Shown: positions 24,001-36,000 of the stretch, in pieces
Layout of the letters: each line of letters starts with the position of its first letter
Numbering within the stretch: the first letter of the stretch is position 1
Assembly: GCA_905178155.1 (NCBI GenBank)
Contig: CAJINV010000013.1
Span: forward strand, 1 to 51,292
Origin: Amoebophrya sp. A120
Lineage: Eukaryota; Protista; Dinoflagellata
Reading direction: 5' to 3'
Length of the DNA stretch: 51,292 nucleotides
Translations under genes and position numbers: made by a program
Notes under the pieces: model-generated
The model's input: the letters and a program-made list of their open reading frames with translations, nothing else
Database searches by the model: none
Told to the model about the DNA's origin: nothing

Positions 24001-27000
24001 ATGATTTGGCGGGCGTAATCCGCTTCGGCGTCTTCAGGGAGAGAACCAAACTCGAATATGCTGTCTCTCAAGGATTATTCTGCGTAAAAACGTCCCCACC
24101 CCAGACTTGGCCTGCAAATCTACGGACAAGACTCAAATGTTTCGCATGCGTAGCGACGCGAGGAGCTTTTCGAAATACGGTCTGGCAGTGCCAGGCGTCA
24201 TGCCGCAATCAGGATAAGATGGCCACTTGGTGGGGCAGCTTTACTAGTACGCTGAGCGCGATTATGCTTTTGGAAGCCCAAACTTTAAGTTGTCATGCGG
24301 AACAGCCAAGACGTGATGGTTTGTGCAGCAAAATTCCTCATTTGACTCTGGACTGTTTCTGTGCTGGAAAAAACCACAGTAAATAAAGCACACAGAATCC
24401 TGCTGGGTGGGGACGTTTTTACTCGGGATAGTGAAGGGGGCGTCCTCACCACACGGTACACTAGGTCCCGCATAGGACGAACGCGGGCTGCAGGATCGTC
24501 TTGTGGCGAGTCGTTGCTCTCCACCTCTTCGGCTGCGTGCCGGTAGCCAAGTCCAGCGCGGTGCATTTGCCTTCGAACGGCGAGTGGCTGCACTCGGTAC
24601 GGGTTGCAGGCCATTGCGAGAAGCAGGCGGAACGGGAACTGCTCGCCTGTTTCGAAATTTCTTTCCGTGCCTTCCAACTCGCTGCGCAGGTCACGACCAT
24701 GAAGTCGACCATTGGTCATCAATTCTTTCACCCCCCACACGACTTCCAACGACGTGTTTGCTTCGTCAAAGAACAGTAGTGTCTCCCGCACCCCCTTTCT
24801 TGCATTAAATCTTGCAAGTTGCAGTGCTTCCTTCACGTAGCTATTCAGTGCTGCACGACCGACGCCACCATGCACTTTCACAGTCCGCATTAATTTGAGT
24901 GGACTACCCTGGCCATCCATGTGCGTGCGACGCTCCTGGTTTGGCGCATGCAACTGGAGTTGCTGTCTGACTTTGGCGTAGTACTCTAGCAATGCAGTCT
25001 TCCCAATTCCGGTTTCACCGGATATGAAGACGGGGAGCCCGGCTGAGAAGCGCATGTGAATAGCGAGAATTTTTTGTAAAACGTCGCGCGTCAAAACAAA
25101 AGCTGGATCAGGGTCTGACAGGCTTTCTGGAACGTGATTTGCGTAGTCCCACAATACATCTCGTAGATGCTCCAGCAGCTGGTCCCGCGAGGCGTTGTCG
25201 ATGTGGGGTCCCAGGAAGGTGCCCGACGCCCCAGGCGTAGTGTCGAAGACGGTTCGGCTTGGATCAGGATCCTCGATGGTGCGGTTTGCGATGGCATCTT
25301 CGATGTCCGCGGCAAGTACGTCTGCTACCGCTTGTTGGTCCGAAGTAAGTTCCGCAGGATTGGTCTTCCACCGAAGCAAAAATTCAGTGGCAGGTCGGAC
25401 ATCTTGAATATTGAGTTGCGCAAAAAGTGCAGAAAAGTTGTCCAGCAGTAGCTGCGCATTGTCCTTGCACCATTTTTTCATTCGATCCGAAGCATCCGGA
25501 GCCTGTGTTCTCGTCGAGCTTGAATCCGGGTTGGAATTCAATCTGACATACTGGTCGTTAATCCACTCTAGTACATTGGGGCTAATTGAACCGTGTCCGC
25601 CCTTCAATTTCTCCTCCTCCCACACCTGGGGCTGTCCACGGAGCGGCTTGTTTTTGGCAATGACAATGTTGTCGTCACGGAAGTGGAATCCGAAGTGCTT
25701 CAGAACCTGGTTCCTCGTAGGGATCAGGTACGGGTGCGCGCGCTCCTCCCATCCGCGGCGGTTGCGACTGGCGGCAGGTACTCCGCTGGAGGCGGCACCC
25801 GTCCCTTCGAACGTCTCAACAATTTCGCGGCTGGGAGTGGCAAAATCGATCGCGGCCAACCTTGCTCTTTCCATCGCGAAGTGCTTAAACGAATGCGCCA
25901 TGGTCGAGTGGTTGCTGCCCTGCAGCCCTTCGTTTTGTTCCATTAATGTCCAAAGCGTGATCTTTTCGTCCAGAGCGAAATGCAAAAGCTCGTCGAGATA
26001 CGCAATGAGCTTCACGAACGAAACAAGCACCGTCCATGTCGGATTTTCTTGCTCGCTCAAGGCAATAAGCCTTCCAAGTACGTTGCGGTCGCTCAACATC
26101 TCACCAGGAATTTCGTTTTCTTGTTTCTCGCATGGCGCCCACCCACGCGGCCGTGAGAAATGGGATTTTGGCTTCCAAAGGTCCCAGAGATCGTCGCTTT
26201 ATCCACTCGAATAGCAAATGTGTGACGAGCAAGATGATCACTGGGGCTATTTTAGCTTGCAAACTACTACTTCTCGACGCTATACACAACGCTTCACATA
26301 CGGTGCGCAAGTACCTTCTTCTTGAACTATACAAAGTAGGATGAGTGCCCATGTTGTTCTCCAAGACTAAAAATATGGGTCGGCAATCATGCAATCATAA
26401 TCTACCTATTAATACATTCTTCAATCCCGCTCCCGCTTCGTTGCAATGATCCGGTACGGAATAAAAATTACATCATCAAAACGCGAATAGCCTGCTCTGC
26501 AGACATCATGACCTGTTGCTTCGATTCAGCGAAGTATTCCGCACCTCTGCCTTGTTCACCGACTCTAACACATTTGCACTGCGTATTCTGTCCTGGCTTC
26601 GATCGGGAAGACGCGCTGCGAACCAGGCTGCATCCCGCCAGATTTTGTTCGTTGCAGTTTCTATTTGCGGGCGATCCTGGTGTTCCTCTATATTGCCAAC
26701 ACCCAGGAGCAGAACATCGGCCTTCGCTTCGCCCCGAACTGCTTCGAGCTGCCAGCGCATCATGCGTTCTTGAATCCTCGCATTTTCATCGAGCGGTAAA
26801 TTGCTTTGCGGGAGGACAGCGGAGCGATTCAGTAAAGCTTGCGGCGATGGCACATTAAAGACTTGCAGGTGTCGCGCGAACGACAAGCGGTCGCCCACCA
26901 CCCATCGATTGCTCGACTCCACAAAAAGGCGGTCCCGGTCGCTGAAGCGCCAGACGCGGTCGCGGGCGTCGACCCACCGACGTAACACGACCAGCTTGAA

Positions 27001-30000
27001 TAGCAGCTCATTGAGGAGAGTGTGGCGCATGGGCACGCCGGCACCGATATCTAGGTGCAAGGACACATAAAAGTTGTTATGTTCCATGGAATCGGTGGCC
27101 GTTGCCCCCTGCTTCTTGCTGTCGCCAGGGTGGTCTTTGTTTCCCTATCAAACCGAAAATTGCACTGCTGGCACAAGGAATCAAAAAGAGCGGCATCTTA
27201 ATATTTCAAATCATTTTGCGAGTAAATTTTTATTTTTCTCAGGGTCACGCATAAGGGGCCTTTGAGGTATTGCACGACGAGCGAGCTGCGACAAATGGTT
27301 CAGATGTACTCGGCTAATCAAAACCTCAGACAACATACATTCTCAAAAAATAAGATTCTTTTTGATTACTAGCACGGGCTCCGATGGCACTTTCGATAGT
27401 ATCATTCCTGCATGGAGATACGCCGAAACCTCGTCCAGAATGCGAGCACAAAGGCTGTCTTCGCTGGGTGGGGAATAAACCGGAATGTTTATTCGTAGTG
27501 GTCGGGGCTGAAGCCCACGATCTCTCAAGGTTTGCTCGTCGGCGAGCTGAAGAATATCACAAGAACAAGCTAGCAGAGTTGTAATGCAAAACGATGACTT
27601 TTATGTAAAAAAGTAATGCAACACAGAGCCCCACCGCAATGCAGAAAGAAGAAAATATAGAAGCTCAAGTAGCTCGTTGTGCTTGACGGTGTACAGAACT
27701 ACGGAATGGCAGCGCTCTCAATGTGAATGCAGAGTCTCCTTGTCGCAGTGATATTGCGTTGTCCCGCTGGTTGCAACCGAGTGGACGTCCTCTCTCATGC
27801 AAGTGAATGCGACTAGACACAATTTGATGGATTTGCTCATGACAGATTGTTTCGTTCTACCACAACGATATGCAAAAACGGTACTGCTAGCTCAATTCGG
27901 TGTGATACAGCCTCTCAACCATCCAGGATTTGCCGCCACCGGCATCTTCACTGAAAACTGCACGAGCGGCGCGGTCATCCCCCGCTCGTGGGGCTTCGAA
28001 CGATTCCCAATCTAGTGGATTAGCTGGGACTTTTTGTTCCAGTTCCTCTCGGGCGTTCTCCAGGACGCGGTCCTCAAAGTGAGCCAACAAATTGCTTCGT
28101 TTGCGTCCGCTTGGGTGCGAATGGATTACCAGAAGGGTTTTCATTTCCTCGATTTTCATTATGGCGTCATCCGCTGCAGCAAAGTTACCTCTTTCGCTAG
28201 CCGTCGTCGAAGTCTCGTCCTCGTAGTGTTGCGGGGAAGAGGGACCTCCCCCGTCTCGAGCCGGCTCTGTGACTCCGAGATAGAGCGTGCGCCGCAGGCT
28301 CAAGTAAGTTTTTGTGGTAGAAACAGCCACTTCATAGGAGAGCCGTTCGACATTCAGCAGGAAGAATAGCGCTGTCGGATCATGTTTCGAGCGCTCAACA
28401 GTTTTGGGCGATCGAAACGCTCGGCGCAGAAAAAGCTCCAGTTCGGCAGCCGTCGTGCTTGGCGAGCAGAAGAAGACGCTTTCGGGCCCCAAACGCCGCA
28501 GTTTGGCCTGATGCGCGAGAGACGTGACGAATTCCAGTGGCTCATCCCCAAACACGACCCGGACCCAAAACTTGTGCTGCCGGTGATTTTCCTCGGAGCC
28601 GCCACTAGGCAGGGCCGCACTGCCGTCCGCTCTCAGCAGGGCGGCCGCGTCAAATTCTTCAACATCGCGGACGTCATCATAGTCGTATGCAACTGGAATT
28701 AAAGCCTGCGACTTGCTGGCCTCGCTAACGAATCGCGCAGCAGACGCTTCTTGTTCCGCATGCCGCAGCAGGGCACTCAAGACAGCTGGCAGCCGCTCGA
28801 CGGACAAGCCGCCGCTCTGGACATCAGTCGTCCTCTTGGTTCCATCAAAATCAATGAGGGCAGTGGCTACACTATCGTTGGCGACCTCCGGAGCACCTTC
28901 ACGTGTGTGTGCAAGGCCTCCGCTTTCTGACGAAGACAATGCAGCAGACGTTGTGACCGAAAATTTCATCTTTCTTCTCCAAAGTTTTGCAATCCGCTTT
29001 GCGAGTGCGCCTAGCACCATTTCGACCTGGCCTGTCAAATAGTTATCGCCGCCAAGAGAGACAAGTGCTGTGCCCTCGTCGGAGTCGGTTTCTTCGCCGT
29101 CGCAGTCGAGACCGGAGAAGTCACTGGCCTTCAACAAATAGGGTGGCGCATCCAGGATCTTCTTCACAGTAGGAGGATTCCCTTCGTGTTCGTCGGTCTC
29201 AGCATCTTCCAATATCTCCTCATGTGCCGGATCAAGGTCGCCATGGTTTTCAGGACGGATCCTACGGAAAAGCACACCCATATCACGATGTTACTTGAAA
29301 AAAATTGTTAGTGCAGATTTTCGAAAACCGGCTATGGTCTGTGCTGCAGCAACACTCTTAATACCAGGTCCCAAGCTAGTAATGCTAAAACCCATTACAA
29401 GCCGGGGTGAAACCGGTCAAGGAGCCACTGCGAAACTAGTACCGCCTCCACAGCTGAGCGAAGTTGGGGTCATGGTCGCCTGGTTCAGGACAGTCACTAC
29501 GAGCAAGGGACTGATGCAAGAAGCGGGACTACTATCCTGGGTGAAGAAGCAGAAGTGCGACTACTAGTATCCTGGGTGAACCGCAGAGGCCTAATTCTTT
29601 TCGTACATACCTCCTCTCCGCATAGGCATTACAGTCGCCATTTTGCATGACAGGTTTCCACCCTTATTGCGATGCAAAATCAAAATAGAAGTTTAACGTA
29701 GGTCACTGTAGCCGGAGCGAACTGCGAGAGGGTGATATCCTTAGCCTGTCTTTTTGGGTGCAGTAAAAGAAAACGAAGCGAAGATATTTCCTAGCCAGAA
29801 TGGGCGCGGCGCGTGAGTTGTTGATATCTCTGCCCACGGGGTCCTATCGCCAGCATGCCAGAAAAATAGCAAATGCACAAATCTAGTTTTTTCATTCTGG
29901 TATGGGTGTGCTTTTTCTGTAGATAGGACGGAAGCCGGAAATACTTTCGTCTTCGCACTCGAGCAGCCAGGCCACCCGCCGTCGTGCCAGCGGATCTTTT

Positions 30001-33000
30001 CCGATTTCGGGGATCAGCCGCCCAAGGTCAAGGAGCTGCAGGGTAGTGAATCGGTTGAAGAACTCCGGAAACTTGGAGCGCGCTGACGTGAACTCGTCCT
30101 GCCACAGATGCTCCACTTGAGTCCGCAAGTTGCGCTTGATTGTTCGCAGGAGTGGCAGGAGGTCCTCCCGGGATTTGGCACCGAAGTATACAGTCGCCTC
30201 GCTCTCGAGTTGCTCGTCTCCACCTCCTGCGCTGCCTCTTCCTCCAGCCCCTGAGCCGTGTGCAGTAACTAGCTGCCGAAAATGCAACTGTACTAAATAG
30301 TTCGTTGATAATTTGACAGGGCTTACCCGTACGACCACGTCGTAAAAAAGAGGAATTTGAAACTCGTAGCGCAGCCGGCGCAATTGATCACCAAGCGCGA
30401 TCAGTTCCTCAAAGAGCGTATTGAAGTCGCGCAGTTGCTCCTGCTTGTCGTTTGTGCTGGCGACGAGCTGCACCTTCTCCCACAAGCTCCGCAAGTCGGC
30501 AGCCGCATACTTGCGCGCAGGCTGGGTCTTGGCTTCGTCAGTATGTGAGCCCTTGAGAGCTGTCATCCGCGGAAGGAAGGCCGACGGAAGGTAGCAATCG
30601 TCTTCGTCCTTGTTCTCCGAATTGTCGGAAGCTCTCGCTGGCGAAGGCCTGGCCTGCACTGCAGTGGCGGAGGACGAGCTGTGCGTTTGTTCTTCGGCCG
30701 ATTGTTCCTGCTGTCGCGGTCGCGTCGTGCAAGTTAGAGTGAACTGTCCGCTGTGCATATCATAATGAAAAGATGCCCCCTCCATAACACTCAGTGGGTT
30801 TGCTTCTGTTGCGTTATTTCTAGTTGTATCTCTCGCTTTGATGTATAGAAAAAATCAACATCATAATATTCATCCACACAGTGCTGACGCACTTCATGCA
30901 CATGCTCGTGTCCGGGGGTCCGCGGCCGCTTTCCTTTGGGGTCCGCGGCCGCTTTCCTTTGGGTGTAGGAGGTGAGGCTCTTTTTCTTTGCGTACGCCAG
31001 CAGGTTCACGACCTGATCTGAGGTTTTCAGCTTCTCGTCCTTCTGCCTGTTGTCCACCAAATTTCGGAACCAGGCTTCGTTTTGTAGACCCTCCTCAATC
31101 TTCTGGACCAGTCGCGCGTCCTCTCTCTCGAACGGAAGAATTTTAAACAACTGCGATACGGACACCCTTTTTACGTCCTGCGGCTCGCTTTCCCCACTTC
31201 GCGTCTCCTGTTTGTTTTCCCGGAAAAATTCCACGAGCGGCTTCAGCTCCACGAACAGTGTCGCGAATGTGTCGATCTTCTGCACGGCGAAAGAGCTCTC
31301 TTCGCCATCCAACGCCACTTCCACCATTTTCCGTACCTCTGATTCGTTCAGCGCCAGGGCCTTGTTTGTGTCCTTCAGAAGCCACTCGATCAACTTCGAG
31401 CCAGTGATCGCCTTCTCAAACACCTTTAGCACTGATAGGGACGTTGGCATTTGTTGCAACAGACGCGCCAGCAGCTTCCAATTGGCGGGCTTCCGGTCGC
31501 CCTCGCCGGCACCTGCTTGTTCCCGCATCCACTTATCATCCTCTTCACTTTGATCAAACAGATCCATGTTCTTCTTGGAGCTGTTGATCATGCCCGGCTG
31601 CACGCCATCACGGTCAGAGTATATGAATTGATAGTGGTCTGCGATTGTCAGTCTGTTCTCGAACTCAGCGAGCAAGTTGGTGGCGCTATCTTCGCCAGAG
31701 TGGTGGGGGCTGCTCGCTTCCTCCAGTTCGTTTTCGACTTGCATGTCGTCTGCGTTTTCGGGCGCTTCAGTCCCTTCTGGGGACCCGGGTCGTGACTGGC
31801 GCCGCGGGAGGGCAAGTGGCGCGCTGTGCACAAGCTCGCATCCCGCCGCCCTTTGTATGTGGTCTCTGGTGCGCGATACAAAGCCTTCAATTTCCGGCAG
31901 AAGCTTGTGGCGCGCTTCTTCTAGATGGTGGCGCACCAGCACCAGTTCGTCGACGAACTGCACAAGCGGCGAATCGCGAAGCGATTTTTCAAGCATGGCA
32001 GGCGTAGTCGTGGACTCATCGTGGAGCTCTTTCCTGATGATCTTCCAATCTAGTCTGGACGCACCTTCATCTCCGTCTTCTTGAGGATTGTCAACATCAT
32101 TTTCGTTTCCACGAAAATGAAGAAAAAGCGACAGGTGCCTGCGAAATAGTTTCCGCGTGGCGAGCGGCACTACGCTTCTTGTCCCAATTCTCTCCACCGC
32201 TTGCTGCTGCTGCTCGGCCGGACCGCGTTCCGCTGCGAGAACAAACCGCCCGCCACCAAAACCGTGTGCGCCTACCCCCCGATGCGCTGCAACCGGAGTC
32301 GTCGCAGCCAGTAAATCGATGTGGCCCACGTGAAGAGATTCAGTTGCGTCTCGGCCCCCCAGACGGCTGAAAAAGTTCGAAATGTCTTGCCGATCCCGGT
32401 GTACTACCTCCTCAAGAGCGTGCAGCTTTTCTCCGTTCTTGACCACGGCCAAAAACCCCGCGAGGGACTCCAGGGCTGTAGCGAGAACATCTTCGTGGAA
32501 CGCGGGAGCGTTGATATGCGGGTGCGCGCGCAGGTCAGAGCGTTCGTCGGGTTGCTGCTGGACGCGGATTCTCGCCGCAATAGTGCGCCACTCGAGGATG
32601 CGGTGACGCAGCGGGTACCAGTTCTGCTTGAACGCTTTCTCCACCTCTCTCAGCCTGTCCGGCTCAACAGCGGCTGGCGCGAGCAAAGGAATACCAAGAA
32701 GCGACTGCAGCACTTCTGAGATAGAGCTCCCACTTTCGCTTGTTTGCAGATGATACTCGCTCGAACCTTCGGGGGCGAAGCCCAAAAGTTTGTCGCGCAG
32801 GCTATTGGCTGCGGTCATACCGCGAACCTCGGCGAGAGCCGCTTGCGTTGCGGCGGCCTCGTCGAACTCGTTTTCCTTGCGCCCTTCGCCTTCGACATCT
32901 TGAGAGTTCGCCCAGTAGGAAAGATCCGGCGCGTACAGATGATTTTCTACTATTCGCCTCGCTGCAGCGGATCTTGCATGCCAAACGTTCTTGCGCAAGA

Positions 33001-36000
33001 AGTTTTCCTCGCCTTGATGCCCTTCATGGGCGCAGATTTTTGTGATGGTGGAGAATGATGCTGGTTTTCCGATGTCCTCCCAGTAGCGCTTTGCGGCAGC
33101 AACGGCACCAACAAGTACACGCAGCTGGTTCTCTGCGTCTTGCCCGTCGCCGAATGCAGGATCGCGCGACCCCTCGTCGACTTGCATTCGGTCAGCTGTA
33201 CGAAGGTTCTCCGAAGGCGCATCATAAGAGCGTCCGAACTGGTCCAGCTCATCGGAAAAGACGGCGCTGCCCAGGTAGTCGCAAACCTTCTTGAGCTCCA
33301 CGCTGGTCCAATGGGCTGCATGGGGCGGCAGCGTCGGAGCTTCTCCGGATCGTCCACCAGTAACAGTAATGCGGTCCGTTCCAGTCGCAGCCCCAAATAC
33401 CTCGTGCTCTGCCAAGTACTGCAGCCGGTGCCTCGCTGCCGCAAAAGTAGCTTCGGCTTCATTGTCGCGCTCAAAGGCCGCTGGCGGCGCCCAGACACCA
33501 AGATACCGATCCAGCAGGCGCTGCCATGCGCCGCGAAACAAAGCGGCAAAACCGGGGTCGCGTGCCGGAGCCGCTTCTTCTACCTCCGGCAAGGGCGGCG
33601 CAGAGTCATACGGATTCGTCCTACTTCTGAGTGCGACCTGTTCCTGCTGATGCAAGGCCTCAGCTTCAGTAAGGTATGATATAGCGTCCCGCAGAAGGTC
33701 CACGTCACGCTGCGAAATTGCTGTGCTAGATGAATCAGCACTATCGCCATCAGGGGGAGCAAGCGCGTACTGAACCAAGGCTGCGCCGGTTCGTACTTCT
33801 TCATCCGCATAGAGATCGCGAAAGACGCCAGCGGTGAAAAACTCCAGAAGGCTGTGGCTCAGCCGGCTGTCTGCCAAGTGGTAAAACGGGTGCGCGTCGT
33901 GGTCGTGGCCGGCGACGAAGGACTCGCGGTGTCGCCGCAGGAGCTGCAACTTCCGAACCACTCCGCGAAGGAGGTTCGGCACGTCTCTATACCACTCCTC
34001 TGCTCCTACTTTCATCAGCACCAGCCTGGTCGTCAGGTGCTGCAAAAAAACCGACATAGCTGCGCCGCTACGTTGCACCGGAAATGTCAGATCGTTTTCT
34101 CCCAGCTGTGCGTCCACATCTTGCGAAATAGCGGGCAGATAGTCAAGTAGCCGATCTACGTCAACGTATGCTATGAAGAGGCCCATACCCCAAGCGTTTG
34201 TGACGACGGTCCCCGCGTTTTGCTCCTGATCCTGCCCAACATCTTCATCGCGCGGTCGAGTGCCCAGCAAATCTTGTCGCCCCGCCGCAGTTTCGGCTCC
34301 TGTAACACCAGGTGACAGCTGTTTGATGTGTTTCTTCGCTTCGAGCAACAGGAACTCGCGCGCCCTCCGGTGGAAACTCACCTGCGGTTGAATCAGGTCC
34401 CCGCGCAGCAAGCCACACAAACTCTCAATTGCGTTGCAGAGCTTCTCAAAATCGTTTCGCTCGTGGGGCTCGTCCCGCAAGTGCGGGGCGAACGGGTCCA
34501 ACAGGACGCGCGAATCCTCTCCCTCGCTCCCTGTTGAGAGAACCACACCGGCGCGGCTTTTCCAAAACGTTTTGTGGGTATCTGGAATTGACAGCATTCT
34601 TTTTCTGACCTCCTGTACCTCCTTCCAGCTGTCGGTTGGGGTTGTGTAGGCAGGCCGCAGGATAGAAGTAAGCCGGTCCCCGCTGCGCGATGGCCGGCCC
34701 AAGAGGTCGCTTTCCCCAGCGGCGGAGTCCGGTGCTACGTCCCACAGGTTATTGATGCAGAATGACTCGAAGTCTGCAAGAGAGCAAATCGCGGCTGAGC
34801 GCGAGTCATCGAAGTGCAATCGGAAGTGCCCTCCCTTTCTGATCTGAAACAATAGAGTTTCTTCATTCAGTTTCAGGGAGGCTCGTCCAATTCCTTCCTC
34901 GTTGCCGCTGAAAACTCCGACGGATTCCGGCAGAAAGTTTGAGCCGAATATCAACTGTAAAAATGTCTGGGTCTGGAGGAATTCATGTTTGTCATGCTTG
35001 TCTGACATGACTCTTAAATCTGTCATGCACGTTACCCAAGAGCTCCGTTTTTCTGTGATGCAGAAGCGCAGTTTGTCATGCAGAAGAGGCAACACCTAGG
35101 AGCTCAGAAGCTTGTCATGCTGAGCCAGCATTTGTAGTCTCATCATGAGATGCCACCCAGCATCACAAGTTTCCAGACACAGACATTTTTACTTTTGATA
35201 CCGAACGCCTCGAACGGATTTAGAAAAGACTCCAGCGTCTGCCACAGAACCAGTGCCCGAAGGTATCCGAAATTGCCTTGCTGCTGCGTCTCGTCTTCGT
35301 TCAAGAGATGTGTCTTCCTCGCCGCCTTGCCGAAGTGCCCATCAACGTCGTTCGAATCCTGAAAGCGCAGCAGGCAGTCTTTCTCCCGAACCAAAAGGTT
35401 TCGAAGCCGCACTGCGAAGGTTCCGCCACTGTGCTTCCAGATTTGTGTGACCGCCTCGGTCTCCTCGACGACTTCTTCGTCTTCGTCTTCGTCGTCGTCT
35501 TCGTCGTCGTCGGCGTAGGAGATATCCTGAGATCTCCGGTCCCCGACAAAAGCATGCGCCGCGGCAATGGTCGAAGACAGGTCTTTGTAGTACATCTCCG
35601 TCGCGGAGGACGATGAAACTGTACTCCGTGGCGATGACGCTTCATCCGCGGGCGGCAGGAACAACTTTGCTAGACCCGACTGCCAGCCGCCTGCTGGCTG
35701 CATCAAACCTGCGTGGACGATGGATTCCGACTGGTAGTTTTTTTTCAATTTCAAAGGCCCGTTCTTCGAATCACGCTTCACAGCAAAGGAGCGCAGCCCC
35801 CCTGTCAAATACTCTTCGACCTGAAGTTTCGTCAAGGGCTTTGGTAGAAAATCGGAATGATATTATTCCACTATGAATGTGGTCGAGCCTGGCGACTCTC
35901 GAAGCAATCTACCAACAGCAACTACTTATTTTGTTTTTCCTGAAGTTCACTGCACAAATAGCACTAACAATTCTTTATGTTGGCTTTATCGCTCCTGAAG

